Below are positions 47,778 through 61,990 of a stretch of 64,000 nt of DNA, piece by piece. The stretch is from Hemiscyllium ocellatum (lineage: Eukaryota): NCBI RefSeq assembly GCF_020745735.1, contig NC_083401.1, positions 78,861,740-78,925,739 of the forward strand, written 5' to 3'. The first letter of the stretch is position 1, and every line of letters begins with the position of its first letter. The translations under genes were made by a program, and so were the position numbers. The notes beneath the pieces are model-generated. The model had not been told where the DNA came from. It saw nothing but the letters and a program-made list of their open reading frames with translations, and did not search any database.

Positions 47778-47970
47778 AAGTTTTGAGAAGATTTGTAGCT
47801 CAGGCTGAGGTTCTGGATGTAGGTTTGCTCGCTAAGCTGGAAGCTTCATTTTCAGATGTTTTATCACCATACTAGGTAACGTCACCAGCAAACCTCTGGA
47901 CGAAGCCTCCAGAGGTGATGAAACATTTGAAATCAAACCTTCCAGCTCAGTGAGCAAACCTACATCCAGA
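47778..47970. mobile_element. Hairpin PLE-derived insertion (family B), degenerate 12-bp TSD
   Basis: TTCTGGATGTAGGTTTGCTCGCTAAGCTGGAAG vs CTTCCAGCTCAGTGAGCAAACCTACATCCAGAA; TSD ACTATCAGAAGT (47766-47777) and ACTGTCATAAGT (47971-47982). Confidence 0.82.
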
Positions 47971-48204
47971 ACTGTCATAAGTGTATCCATGATTTTCCAT
48001 AAACTACTTTTGTGTGAAAATTGGAACTATTCGCTATCACCAGATGAGAAGCAGTGAGATAGCTCTGAAATCAAGCCTCTTGGTTTGTCATGACAAAGGT
48101 TCACATTCTTTTTAATATGAAGCTATAATTTATTCCAATCTTTAAAATAAAACTCAGAGGAGTCTGTATTTTGCCAGCTGGGTCAATTATGCTCAGAATT
48201 ATGC

Positions 48205-48440
48205 TCAGAAGCTGGTTCGAGTGTTTGAACTGCTGCAGTCCATGGTGCAGGTAGATCCACAATGCAGTCAGGGAGGGAGTTCCAGGATTAAAACCCAGCC
48301 ACAGTTTAGGAACGGCCATGTATTTTGAAGTCAGGATAATGAGTGTCATGGAGAGGAACTTTCAGGTTGTAATGTTTGCATGTATTGGCTGCTGTTCCCC
48401 TTCTAGATGGTTTGGAATGTCCTGTCTAAGGAGATGACTA
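48205..48440 (-). mobile_element. LINE family B 3' fragment
   Basis: TTGAACTGCTGCAGTCCATG..GGGAGGGAGTTCCAGGAT..AAGTCAGGAT. Confidence 0.65.
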
Positions 48441-48639
48441 TGTCAGACTGATGCTGAATTGATCTGTGGAACAGCTCTCCTAATTTTGATATCAGATCCC
48501 ATATTTAAGGAGGGCAGATAAATAACAGGATCAACGAGGCTGAGTTTGCCATTGTCTTTCTGGTATCTAGACTGATTTGAGGTGATCCTGCAAGTTTCAT
48601 TCCATTTCTGAGACTTTCTAGTGGTTGATACAACTGAGT

Positions 48640-49110
48640 GGCTTCCCAAGAATCAAATACAGCACTATGGGAGTGAAGTAGCATGCAGCTCAGACCAGGT
48701 GAGGACAGCACTTATCCTTCCTCAAGTGAAGTGGATAGGTTTTTTTTATGGACAATCAATTATGATTACATAATCATCATTGGCCTTTTTAAATCCAGAT
48801 TTTATTTGAACTCAGATTTGACCATCTGTCTTAGTAGGTGTGAATTTGGGTCCCTATGTCATTACTTGGGATCTCTGGATTACTTAGGAGAAAGTGAGGA
48901 CTGCAGATGCTGGAGATCAGAACTTAAAAATGTGTTGCTGGAATAACACAGCAGGTCAGGCAGCATCAAAGGAACAGGAGAATCGACGTTTCGGGCATAA
49001 GAAGGGCTTATGCCCGAAACGTCGATTCTCCTGTTCCTTTGATGCTGCCTGACGTGCTGCGCATCTCTGGATTACTTGTCCAGTAACAATACCATTATGT
49101 CATTCCCTCC
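48640..49110 (-). mobile_element. SINE family S2 copy, hosts the hairpin PLE at 48886
   Basis: CAGACCAGGTGAGGACAGCA..AATCCAGATTTTATTTGAACTCAGATTTGACCATCTG..CTCTGGATTACTTGTCCAGTAACAATACC. Confidence 0.65.
48886..49062. mobile_element. Hairpin PLE-derived insertion (family A), 15-bp TSD
   Basis: TSD ATCTCTGGATTACTT at 48871-48885 and 49063-49077; arms meet at CATAAG-AAGGG-CTTATG. Confidence 0.92.
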
Positions 49111-49282
49111 ACTTAATCAAAATGTAGGTATCTATTATTATTGTAAAGAATAAGGAGACAATCAAATATTTTCTTAAGTTAAAGAAACAACAAATACACT
49201 ACCTGCTAAATCTGAAAAAAATGTTACATCAAACATAAAGCATTTGTACAGTCACTTGAGTGCATTTGTAAATACATGTACA

Positions 49283-49424
49283 NNNNNNNNNNNNNNNNNN
49301 NNNNNNNNNNNNNNNNNNNNNNNNNNNNNNNNNNNNNNNNNNNNNNNNNNNNNNNNNNNNNNNNNNNNNNNNNNNNNNNNNNNNNNNNNNNNNNNNNNNN
49401 NNNNNNNNNNNNNNNNNNNNNNNN
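49283..49424. other. Assembly gap (142 N)
   Basis: Run of N. Confidence 1.
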
Positions 49425-51081
49425 GCAGTGAGCATCAAAGTGCTCTATCATGAGTTAATCTGAAATGTGCCATAATGATGAGATGAGACTGATTCTTTGC
49501 TGACGTCAATCTACATGATGAGAGGGTGTAAGCAGTCACTGCCAATGGAGCATGCCCAGAGATGGTGAGAAATAGTGGGCTAATGGATTGCCAGAGAAGA
49601 TGTTGGCCACCTGCAAATGCCAAGTAACATCTCTGGCTCTCGTGTCAGGAAATTTGTGTCATCTACACTGTCTCTGCCACCTGGAAATTAGTAACCTGCA
49701 CATAAATAAGCTGAGGTGAGGTAATATTGAGATGTTAGTGCAAGAACTAGGCCCCTCACCACTCACTAGCAGGATTCTCATCAAGCCAACAAAACCTTCT
49801 ATGGAAAGTTGGAATTCATCTCTGTCAACACCTAGAATGTCAATTTCCATTTTCACCTATTTAACTTAATTGCCCATCATAGCTCATATTGCTCACATTG
49901 TGCAGAAGCTTGAAAAATTCAGCCCAAAGTCAAGATCCAGCTTATTTTGCCTGACACACTTCAGATAGTGTTAGATTTCAGGTACTGTTTATACAGACCT
50001 GGTAATTGCATTCAAACCTATTTTCTCCAAATGCCATTAACAGTCCAGAATGTCTGCAGACACATTGGATCGCAACACTGAGTGAAATTTATTGAACTCC
50101 AATGGAAAGTTGAGAATCAGATATAAAACCACTTTACAGAGAAAACAAATCCTGCAATTATAGCTAAGGGCACTTCATGTACTGCACTGCTCTTTAAATT
50201 TAGAAAAAATCAATTTCTTACATTAAACAGATTTCCCTGTAATGCTAAACAGAAAAGCAGTTTACTGATCCAATAACATATTGCACATTTGAGACATAAT
50301 TGCAACACTTCCTTCGAGAGGTACAAATGAAGATGCAATTGAGAACAATAATAATGAATATTTAGAAAGCATTTCTGTAAATTTTTCATTGCGATATGAA
50401 TTATTCTTAACAGTTTGGTTCTGAGCTTGCACTCATTTGTGCTTAGTGAAAGATCATACTGAGATGGTTTTAAGCAGGACGAGAAAATGCAGTCAGTTTG
50501 CTCATCTTTCAGGCTGGGAAGCAAGTCGGATGGTAAGCTGACTACTTGTCTCTTTGTGTGTGTTGTCAGCATCAAGATAGTGGCCAAAGATGGTCAATCA
50601 TGCATGCAGAGACAGTGGAAATAATATCTCACCACCGTGATAGAACCTTTTGGCTGACCCCAGGAACATGTTGGTCAATGACCTAACTACCTTCACCACT
50701 GATGTTGTCACGCTGGTCCCTTCAACTTTCCTCACCACAGAGCAGTGCCTCCAATCCCTCACTGATGGCCACTCTCCCCCACCCCCTGTTCTCCTCTCCT
50801 CACCCCCCCACCACTTTTGCTACTGGCTGTTGCCCCTCCTTCTGCCCTGCAATACTGGCCACATCCCTCACTGCCTCGCTCAATACTTCACTCAGGGAAT
50901 GGGGCAATGAATGAGGTGGCAGGTGAGGCGCACAAAACTGTTTGTGAGCGTGCCTCTGGCTCAGCGGTTTTCTTATTCATTTCAGGGACGTGTCTTGCAC
51001 AGGTGCCTTACCAGTCCTGCGCCGCAAATTTAGTACGACCACACATCAAGAGACAAGTCAATTTTGCCATATCGTAATGTT

Positions 51082-51166
51082 TGAGTTGAAAAGGGTGGCA
51101 CTAGAAAAGCACAGCAGGTTAGCTAGCATCCGAGGAGCAGAAGAGTTGACATTTCAGGCATAAGCC
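51082..51166 (-). mobile_element. PLE family A terminal-repeat fragment
   Basis: GAAAAGCACAGCAGGTTAGCTAGCATCCGAGGAGCAGAAGAGTTGACATTTCAGGCATAAGCC. Confidence 0.75.
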
Positions 51167-51574
51167 TGAATGTCTCTGGATTTTGGTGAGCCTATGCAGA
51201 GGAGTTTGACTACAAAGTTGTGTTTCCTTGCGTGCATGATCACTGCTTCACCAAGGCTTGGCATCATAATAGGCACAACCTTAAACTTACAGATAGTACT
51301 GTAATGACATCATTGGGCTTGATCTTCCATTTTCTGAACAGAAGGATATTCACGGTTTCTCCACCGGGTATAAACCTGTTAGGAACAGCAGCTAGGGCCA
51401 CAATGTATATAGAAAGGTTATGTCTGGGGACAGGAGGAGCACAAGCAGCTGCTCCAGGCTCCATGAGGAAACTTTGGGCTTCCACTCGCCAACACTTTGT
51501 CTCCCCATGATTCCCTTTCTGTTAAGGATTCTATTCCAAGTGGGTCTTGCCCACAACCTGCGTTAAGACAATCA

Positions 51575-52000
51575 GGCATAGCAGTAGAATCAGGCCATTT
51601 AGTTCATTGAATCATTGCCTCATTTGATAATCCTCAACACCACTTTCCAACCACTACTTTCCCATTTTTTCCACATTAATTGTCTTACTCATGGAAAATC
51701 TGTCTATCTCAGATTTGCATATAATTAACAATCCAGCTTCGACAGTCTTCTGTGGCAAAATATTCCCCAGATTTACTGACCTCTCAGGGAAGGAAGTTCT
51801 CCTCACCTCTGTCTCCCTTATTCTGAGATAAAGCTCTCTGGTCCTAGATTCTCCCACAATAGGAAACAACCTATCTGCATCTACCTTGTCAAGTCCTCAA
51901 ATCTTCTCAGTGTTTCAATAAGGTCACCTCTCATTCTTCTAAATTCCAATGATGACAGGCCCAATCTTCTCAAACTCTCCTCATAGGGCAATCCCTCTGT
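51575..52000 (-). mobile_element. Old CR1 3' fragment
   Basis: Minus ORF MFPIVGESRTREL..SVNLGNILPQKTVEAG. Confidence 0.72.
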
Positions 52001-55000
52001 ATTCCGAAATGGAAGGCATGCCATTTTAAATACAAATCAGGCACTGATGTGGCCACCAGTGTGTTTCTCCAAAGTCAAGACACCGGAAACAGAAGTCCCA
52101 TCACCATGGGGCTATCAGAGGCCAAAGATTCCTCATTTTCATCACTGTCACTGGGGGATGTGGCACTGGCTGCTGGCAATGTATCAGGGTTCCAGACTAC
52201 AGGTGAATGGGGCAAGGATAGGGGTTCAGAAGGAGGGCTCCCTGGCTGCCAATGACCTACAGTTTAGAACGAAAGGGCAGAGAATGGCTTTCAACTGGAT
52301 CTCCACTTTCTGATACTGCATCCCTCAATGAAGCACTGAGTATCTGACAATGAGGGACCTCACCCCAAGTAAGTACAACAGGTTTAGCTTTGCATAATGT
52401 CCCACCTGCCACTGGTTGAATACCAGTAATGCTGTGTTTATGTGGGCTATTTATATACTTTCTGTTGATATAACAGCAACATTTGTTTCCTTGAGCTATT
52501 GCTTTAATCTAACTATGTTAAGTTGGACACTAGATTTTATTGTCCACTTTTACCATAGAATCTCCTATCTTCCACTTACTTTTGCTGGCAGACAACTCCC
52601 TGCATTTACAATCAATTTAAATTCATTTTATATCTACGCAATTAATGATGTCCAATAAATCAACTTACTGGGTGTGATGCGTATAGGAAACCACACCTTC
52701 GTAAGCATAAGATAAAAAGCAATCCTGCACAAGTCATTTCAAAATTATGTTTTAAAATGATCTGAGGTCAAAAAAGGTCATATTGACTCCATAATTATTA
52801 AGACATCTGCCTATCTAGTAAGAAGAGAGGTGAAAGTGATCTGTGGGCTGTATTTATGACAGAACGTTCCTATGTGTTTGCATCTTTTTCTGCTTTTTGT
52901 TAAAATACAATGGACCCAAATTCTATCAGGTATAATTAAAAAGGTTTGTAAATTCATGTAGTGCAGTGGAATATTGAATGAACTGACAGCCCATTTTACA
53001 TCTTCCTGTATCCTGATTTTTATTCCCATTGACTTTGAAATTGATCACAAGATACAACATATGTCAGAATTGTCTGCCTTAGATTTGATTGCCTAAAGAG
53101 GTCAAAGAGAAATTTTCCAGCTTTGTTTTTTTCCTCACTGGCTTAGACTTTTATCTTCTGTCATTGTCCAGAAGCTTACATTCTGAGTGTGGATTGTCTG
53201 TATCACGGTGGTCAAATCATCTCGACGTATGTAACAGGGTGGATAGATCCTGTTGATCTTTCCCTGTCCAACATTTTTATATGTTTACAAGTCATCTATT
53301 ACTGTCCTGTTTTTGTGGCTTTTTGAAGTCCATCTTTTATGTTCCTTTGTTCCATTTCATTTTAAATGTCATTCATCAGGGAAACCTGCCAGCTCTGAGG
53401 AGACGTACATATTGAAACTTGTGATTTCAGATCTCTCTGAACTGTTTCCTGAACCACGTTGAAGCATTTCCAGGATTTTAGATTTTCGAGTTAAACAGTC
53501 AGAATATTAGCCTTCAAATACAAGGCAATGAGGATTGTGCAATTGCTCAGCTGTGTGTTACAATGAATGGTAATGTGCAGAGTTTCTGGTTATAACATGC
53601 TGGAACTAACTTTAAACTAATTGCATTCTTTAAGATAAATCAGAAATATCGGAAACTAGATTGAATTCTTTACACCTACAATTGCTCCATTCCTCCGGAA
53701 ATTAAGAGAAATTGAAACATGAATTGACAAGACTGTCCAAAATTGAAAGCTGTTCATGTGATAACAATCTCAAGTATGCAGTCTGGAGGCATATACATGA
53801 CAGACAGTGCCAATAAATTTGCATTCAATGTAGCTGAGTAGGATGTTTCCTGATACACGTCAGCAACTAAGCGACTAGTAGTAAATGACAAAGCTGAAAA
53901 ATAGAAACCTGAAGAAAGAGCCTAACATGCTGGAAATATTCTATTCTGACAAAAGACCCCACAACATTAACTCTATATTAATTAACTTAAAGTAAAATAA
54001 AACAAAATTACCACAATTCAGTCAAATAAGAAAAAGCTATGGCAACAATATCCCCCATCAGTTCTGAATCCTTGCATAATAGAATGGTTACACCATTTAC
54101 CACATTATTACTGAACCCGAAGCAATGTTCCAGAGAAACTAATGCAATTAAGTTTCTGACAGGATGAAGGAAAATGGGACATTTTGGGGTTGAAATAGGT
54201 TATCATGCCTGATTTAGCAAGTTTTCATCACACAGACCATAAACGGTACAAATTACAAGACAACAATCAGTAATTTAAATCTGAAGAGATATGCTATTGT
54301 AGTCAAATGCACATTATAATTCTGCAATTCTGGAGTATTTGCAATTTATTATACATCATTCACGCTATATAGTTTTCCAACCAATAACCTCTGCAATTGT
54401 GTTCCCTTTTCATAGTGAGGCTTGCCTATAGTTAAATATAGAATTTTCTTTAATGAGGTGAATTTTATGAGCTAATATATTGTGTGTGTATTTAAATAAT
54501 AGCACAATTTTCATGTCTATCCACATCTTAACTGAATATGAAGGAACCTTGGTTATAGCAGGCTTGTCAGAATATTTAGTAGTTTGCTGCATTTTATCTA
54601 TTGCTTGTATGTGTGACTAACTTGCAGTCAGTTTTTAATCTTGTTTTAGCTGTATCATTCTAGCTTAAACTTCATTAATTTTGTTGTGCTAATTGTTATT
54701 CATGCTTATTACATTTCTTGCTTGTAATTCAATAAATCAATCTGTGGTAAGTATAGTATCATTATTAAACACATATTTAAAAAACTGGTTTATTGCACTC
54801 ACTCATGGCTTACACCCAGCCTCCAGATGTGGCAATTTTTATTTATTCACTCACACTCCAAGTCTTGAATTTGCATTTTAACTCAGATTTACCTTGCATG
54901 TAACTCCAGTCTGGTCTCTTAAGTAATGATCGCTTTACCTTTACCTTTAAGGTTTTGTGATATTTCCTGTCAACATTTATCCTACTTTTGCAACATCTAT

Positions 55001-55811
55001 TATGACCTGCATCTTTTGACCTCTTAATCCTTTTTCCTGATATCTGTTTTTTTCATTTTGTACAAAAAGCTAAGACTACCTGGCTTCATTCAAAGCTGGA
55101 GAAGCAAGATAAATGCAAAATAACATTCTGACGGTATCTAGGAAGTCTTTTCTCCACAGCCTCTCACCTCAATATCTTGAAGAAACTGATCTGTGCATGT
55201 CTTAACTGTAGGAGAATGATAGATTATTGTGTGTTTCGATGGATTTTCTTTCTGACCAACTTTGTCAACCTATAGGCACTCCCATGGCACACATCAACGT
55301 AATGGAAGAATGATGATTCGTTATAGTTGTCATGAGCTCAATCATTATTTTGAATCTCTTTCTTTACTGCTGAAGAAAGCAACATCAATCGTTATTGTAG
55401 CACTGAAAACTGAAAAAGGCAATTAATCTGAGAGGCATTCACATTTTGAGTCCTTTACAATTTTGCTAGCCAACTCATCCTTATTGTTTAATCTAACATG
55501 AACTGTGAACTCCTAAGACTGAGTAATTGTAGCCAGGTTTAATGTATTGCTTCAGGTATTACTTTGCATAATGAGTACATTATTAGGCCTTTGATGGCTC
55601 AGCAGTAAAGAAAGCTTCTAGCAATAATGTCCAAACCTATAATTAATTAAGTTGATCTCAATCCAGATAGAGCATTTTAATTTTCCTCAAGGAGTGGAAA
55701 CTATCTAGGGTTCCTTCTCACTGTTGATCATTATCCCATTTAAAGTACAATTAAGAGCAAGTGTATGTAACTCAAGGATTGGCAGAAATTATTTTGATTG
55801 CGAAATTTGAT

Positions 55812-57218
55812 TGTGGTGTCACCGTTTAATAAAAGTGGTAAGGAAAAGCCAGGGAACAATAGACCAGTGAGCCTGACATCAGTGATGGGCAAGTTGTTAG
55901 AGTGAATCCTGAGTGAGACAATTTAAATATATTTGGAAAGGCAAGGATTTGTTAGGGATAGTAAACATGGCTTTGTGCATGGGAAATTATGTCTTACAAA
56001 CTTGATTGAGTTTTTTGAAGAAGTAACAAAGAGGATTGATGAAGGCAGAGAGTTGGACATGATCTATACGGACTTCAGTAAGGTATTCGACAAAGTTCCT
56101 CATGGTAGACTGGTTAGCAAGGTTAGATCACATGGAATACTGGGAGAATTAACCATTCTGATACAGAACTGGTATGCGAATAGAAGACAGAGGGTAGTGG
56201 TGGAAGGTTGCTTTTCAGACTGGAGGCCTGTCACCAGTGGTGTTCCACAAGATCAATGTTGGGTCCATTGCGTTTCATAATTTATATAATTGATTTTGAT
56301 GTGAACATAGGAGGTATGGTTAGTAAGTTTGCAGATGACACCAAAATTGGAGGTGTTGTGGACAGTGAAGAAGGTTACCTCAGAATACAACTGGATTTTG
56401 ATCAGGTGGGCTAATGGCTGAGGAATGGCAGATGGAGTTTAATTCAGATCAATATGAGGTGCTACGTTTTGGAAAGGCAAATCAGGGCAGGACTGATGCA
56501 CTTGTTAGTAAGATCCTAGGGAGGGTTGCTGAACGAAGAGACCTTGGAGTGCAGGTTCATAGTTCCTTGACAGTGCAGTCACAGGTGGATTGGATAGTAA
56601 AGATGGCATGGTATACTTTCCTTGATTGGTCAGAGGATTGAGTATAGGAGTTGGGAGGTCATATTATAGGTATACAGGTCTACTATTGGAATACAGTGTG
56701 CAATTCTCGTCTCCCTTCTGTAGCAAGGATGTCGTGAAAGTTGAAATGGCTCAGAAAATGTTACAAGGATGTTGTCAAGCTTGGAGGGTTTGAGCTGTAG
56801 GGAGAGGCTGAATAGATTGGGGCTATTTTCCCTGGAGTGTCAGAGGCTGAGCTTTATATAAGTTCATAGATGTTTACAAAATCATGAGGGGCACGGATAA
56901 AGTAAATAGATAACGTCTTTTCCCCAGGGTGAGGGAGTGCAAAACTAGAGGGCATAGGTTTAGGGTCAAAGGGAAAAGATTTAAAGGTGACTTAACAGGC
57001 AATATTTTCATGCAGAGGGTGATACATGTATAGAATGAACTGCAAGAGGAAGTGATGGAGACTGGTACAATTGCAGTATTGAAAATACATCTGAATGGGT
57101 ACATGCATAGGAAGGGTTTAGAGTGGTATAGGCCAAGTGCTGGCAAATGGGTCTAGATTAATTTAGGATATCTGGTCGGTATGGACAAATTGGACCAGAG
57201 GGTCTGTTTTCGACTCTA
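55812..57218 (+). mobile_element. CR1 ORF2 RT to 3' end, 5'-truncated, disabled
   Basis: KHGFVHGKLCLTNLIEFFEEVT..YTDFSKVFDKVPHGRL..GVPQ; SKFADDTKIGG; 3'UTR motif. Confidence 0.92.
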
Positions 57219-57407
57219 AAAGGCTTGTGGTGGAATAGCAAGAGATAATCAACATCAGAAGTTACGAAAGAATGGCCACTTGGCATGATACCAGACAGCA
57301 AATGTAGAACCACCACCAAGTAAAGATAAATATTTTCAAGAAAGTAGAGAAGATAACTAGCAATTAAAAAAAGGCTGTTTTGAAATTTTCTTGAAGCAAA
57401 ATGATTC

Positions 57408-57562
57408 CGGCATGAAACTCCCTCCCTAATGTAGCTATTTCTACACCAACTGATTGCAGTGGTTCAAGAGGCAGCTCACCACCATCTTCTTCAGGATAGC
57501 TAGAGATGGGCAATGAATACTGGCACAGCCAATGATGCTGACATCTTGAGAATGAATAAAAA
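57408..57562 (+). mobile_element. LINE family B 3' tail
   Basis: AACTCCCTCCCTAA..GGTTCAAGAGGCAGCTCACCACCATCTTC..GATGGGCAATGAATACTGGC..GAATGAATAAAA. Confidence 0.7.
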
Positions 57563-57754
57563 CAATCATCGTGTGTATAAAATGGAGAGAAAATTAAGAG
57601 GCCAAGTAAGGGATACATTTAAGCAGTTAGCAGGGAAAAGAGGAGTTATGGTTTTGATTAACTAGGGCAAAAAAAAGACAAATATATTGTACAGATTGAG
57701 AATTTATATTGTGGAGTGGATTTAGATGAGCACAAACCCAAATTATAGAATGTA

Positions 57755-57952
57755 GGGTTAGTTAGCTCAGTTGGCTGGATGGCTGATTTAGGACATAAAA
57801 TAATGCAAATAGTATAGTTTGGATCCCTGCACTGATGAGATTACCCACTTTCTGAGGTGTTGTGACCCTCAAGTTAAACTACTACTGGCCATTTTCTCTC
57901 TTTCTAATGAGAAAGTAACCATTGGTCTTTAGGACTCTGGCAATTTTACCTC
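57755..57952 (+). mobile_element. tRNA-derived SINE family S3
   Basis: GTTAGCTCAGTTGGCTGGATGGCTG..CTGAGGTGTTGTGACCCTCAAGTTAAAC..TTTCTAATGAG. Confidence 0.65.
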
Positions 57953-58649
57953 TTATTGCAGAATAAATTTGCAATCACATCAGAGAATGTCAATGGAATG
58001 AACCTAGCAAGGCTGTCTGGATAAATGGAAGGACTGTTACACATATTTTCCCAGGAGAGATGGGAGGATCCCAATGGCAAATTATGCAACTATATGATTA
58101 AACCACACATTAAGAATTTATAGCCAAAAAATAATCAACAGATTAGAAAGGGAACTATTGTAACTTGATGGGGTGCAGGTCTCTGTGTATATCCAACAGC
58201 CTCTAAACATGCTGAAGCTGGCTGTCTATGCCTGGTGCCAACCTATCCGTATTGATTGTGTTGCTGCAATCCCAGCAAGCTTTGTGTCAGGTTACCCAGT
58301 GTCCACCTGCTCCTCCTCTGTCTACTTGTGTATCTCAATTATATCATGAATTAACCATCAATACAAGGCCTTCTCCTTCCTGGGCTGAGCAGCTGGTCTC
58401 TGGCAGTCCTACATGTGCCATGACCCTGGGTGTCTCTGTGGCGATGTGGCAGTGTTGTGCGCAACAGCAAGTATTACTGGTTCTAATGAGGCTAACCTTC
58501 CCATTGAGCAGTAGTACCTGAACTGGTTGGGGATACAGGGGACAGCTTTACCGACGCATCTATGCTCTTTTCCACAGAGGGATAGGAGAGGACTTCTTCA
58601 GGCACTATCTTTTTTGACTCCAGAAACTGTTGAATTTGGATCATAACCT

Positions 58650-59020
58650 CACAAGAAATAAGCACAAGATGAGGCCATTCAGCCCCTTGAGCCTGCCTTG
58701 TCAGTCAATAAGCACATAACTGATATGGCCCTGGTCTCAATTTCACTTTTGTGCCAACTCAGCATAGTCATTGACTCCTTAATGTTTCAAAAAATCTAAT
58801 TCATATTTAAATACTACCAGTTATCTAGCCTCCATAACATTCTGGTTTATACAATTTCAGACACTGACTATCCCCAGAGAGAAGAAATTCCTTTGCAATT
58901 CAGTTTAAATGAATGTCTCCTTACTATGCCACTAGTGGAAACATTTTTTTCAACATCTACCCTATGACACCCTCAGAATCTCATATGTTTCAATAAGATT
59001 ACCCTTCATTCTACTAAACT
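58650..59020 (-). mobile_element. Old CR1 3' fragment
   Basis: GGCCATTCAGCCCCTTGAGCCTG; GTTTCAATAAGATTACCCTTCATTCTACTAAACTC. Confidence 0.65.
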
Positions 59021-60329
59021 CAGACACAACCACAGGTTAGGTCCTTTTAACAGTGTTTGTTGCAATGTAGAACCTATTCTCACAGCATGTAAATACATGC
59101 ATACAGCTTACATTACAAGAATCTTCTCATTTGACCACAAAGTCCTGCACACAGTAGACCATATAAGCCCCTAATGCACATAATTAGATGATATGGACGG
59201 CAGCACAAACAACAGCTATCATCAACATACAACACAATCCTTTTCAAGGGCTTTATCATACTGGACACTTGGTTAAAGTTGATGCAGATAACTTTATGAT
59301 TAAAATTGAAGTGACATTGCAAACAACTGCCTGAGTCCCTACTTTATAAAGGGAGATATGAATTTGAAAGGACATAAGGTCATGTTTGGAAATAAAACAG
59401 CGTACAATCTGAAAGCTGAATGTGAGATTGATGTACTTTGTACCAGTGCAGATGATTTGCGTGTTGCAGGAGCAGATGCAGATGCAGATGCCTGAGGAAA
59501 TAAGTTAGACAGAAACGTGAAGCACAGATTTAATTTAGCATGAAATAAAGCTATGGTAAGCCCTTTGATACAGTTGTTGTTGAAACGTCTTCCTCCCCTT
59601 CATGCAGTTTGTAAACAGTGCAGAATGAACTCAGAAACAAATGTGGCCATCACTGTTAGCTGAACACAAGCCCACTAGTCATTTTTCTCTATAGAAAACA
59701 AAAAGTGCTAGAAATGTGCAGCATTGCGATCACCACCTAAAAATAGGTTACTGTTTTGGAACAGCCATTTTCACCCTCACCTTTTCAAAAGTCCATTTCT
59801 AATGTTAAATGTCCTTGGAGAATTTGCTCGTCAAGGTGAGAGATGTCAGTGAATTCCATATCAAGCAATCTGAGACTCATTATGATAGGAAAGGTGACTT
59901 CATTAACCCAAGAAGCCTAACAGAGGACAATTAAAATGCTTGGGTGACTTATCATCCAATATCCCATCTGTTTTGCCTGATTTTCATTTGCTTTTCTGGT
60001 CAGATCCTTATTTGAAAACACAGAATAGTAACATTAGACCCAATTACAATCCTAATCTAAATACGGAAATCATGTTGTTTTACTACCCAAAGGAGCTTGC
60101 CAGAAGTGGATTTGCTGTGAAGACTGGAACAGAAGAGTGTTCTTCTGAGCTGAACAAAGATAGTAAGCCTCCCTGACTTAGACCCCATTCCTGTACAACC
60201 CTTGGCCCTCCTTTCCTGACATCTACCTGAATGCATATTGGCCTGTTTTACACAAGTCAATAGTTGTTTCGACCTGAAGAAAATTTTGCAATCATTCAGT
60301 TCATGGCCTCCAGCAGCCCCTTTGTGAAC

Positions 60330-60590
60330 TTTGTATGGACTGAAACTGACGGACAAAAGAAGTACAGGTGAAGTAAGAAAAGTATTTTTTCACACAACGA
60401 GGAGTTAGGGCATGGCATGAACTGCCTGAAAAATGTCATGGATGTAGGTTCAATGGAGATATTGAGAGGGCAATGGATAGTTATTTTGTTCGAACTGGGG
60501 TGAAGAGATATGAGGAAAAGGCAGTAGATTGGCAATAGCTAATCAAACCTGTGCAAGCATGATGGGGCAAATAGCTTCCATCAATGTCAT
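60330..60590 (+). mobile_element. Old CR1 3' fragment
   Basis: TTTTTTCACACAACGAGGAGTTAGGGCATGGCATGAACTGCCTG (FFTQR..W.ELP). Confidence 0.6.
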
Positions 60591-61147
60591 AACAACACTG
60601 GACATTTTTCTTATGTTTTTGTCTTCTTTTATTTCTGCTGAGTTTTTTAAATTTTAGTTTTGTAACCAGGATGACTCTGGAGAATGTGACATTGAGCACT
60701 TTTACTGTACTCAGCTATTCCTGTACTTGAGTAGGTGTGACAATAAAATCTAATTCGAATTTTATAATCATGAATCCTTAGTGCAAGTAGTTAGAGTATG
60801 CACTTGAATGTACGTATGCAAATATCACCAGCAAGAGCCTTTGATTTAAACAGACTCCCACCTGTTTAGGGCAGATATTTTTCAGACACAGGAGATTCAT
60901 TTCCCTACTCCTCAAAGTTTCTAACATCCTTCTTGTGAATGTTATCAATCCCAATATTATTAAAGATTCTATTCATAATAAAAGGGAATGTTTCTGGGGA
61001 GGAAATTTTTAGTTAGTCATTTTCATAAATAAATCCTGAAAAATTGACCATAATTGTTATTTAATGGCACCAAGATGTGGATTGTTAGTGAAACAATTGC
61101 AGGACTTCAGTTCAACAGCAACAAACAAATAGAAAGTAGGGCCCCTT

Positions 61148-61990
61148 TTTGTTTTGTTCACTTGTGAGATCTGATGTCGCTGGTCAAAATAACATTATTG
61201 TCCATTCTTAATTATCCTTGAGAAGGTGGTAGTGAACTGCATTCTTGAACAACTCCAGTCTGTGCAGTGTAGATATGCCCACAGGAGGCTGCTCTGGGAT
61301 TTTGACCTTGTGTCAGTAAAGGTTAGTGCTACAGTTCTAAGTCAGAATCATGAATGACTCGGAGAAGAATTTCCATATTGTGGTGCTCCCACATGCCTCC
61401 TGCCCTTGTTCTTACAGACTGTAGAGTTTTGACAGGGGTTATAATAAAGTGCCACACTAAATCCTGTAGTTGGGACAAATTGTAACTGCTGTGCAGGGAT
61501 GGTGAAGGAATGAATATTTAAGATGGTGGATAGGGTATCAATCAAGTGGGCTGTTTTTTTTATTCCCAGATGGTGTTGAACATATTGAATAATGTTTGGG
61601 TTGCAACCTTCTGGGCCAGATGGAGTATTCAATTCACTTCTGATGTGTGGTTGGTGGACAGGTTTGGGAGCCAGAGAAGAGATCTTTTCTACGGAATTCC
61701 CAGCCACTGATCAGCATTCAAATTACTTTAGTTTCCTTTTGTTCAGGCCTCCGAAGTCTGTGCATGGCAGTGTAGAACCAGAAATCATCACTGCAAAGGA
61801 CGTTGGCACACAGATCACCATGCATGGACATGGACCTTCTGAGTGTCTACACAGCTTAGAAGGAGTGTTGTCTCTGACCTTCTCTTGTTATTTATATGGA
61901 TGATCTGATTCAGTTGAGGATCAATGGTAAGATCTAAGATTCAGATGGTGGAAGATTTAGTTTTGGTAATAATATTGAACGGCCAGTTTA
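61148..61990 (-). mobile_element. LINE family B fragment, decayed
   Basis: CTTGAGAAGGTGGTAGTGAACTGC; CCCAGATGGTGTTGAAC; GATCAATGGTAA. Confidence 0.6.

Noticed and set aside
49224-49453. ORFs spanning the N run
   Set aside because: Artefacts of the assembly gap
49475-49545. C/D snoRNA-like boxes (ATGATGA twice, CTGA)
   Set aside because: No terminal D box or closing stem
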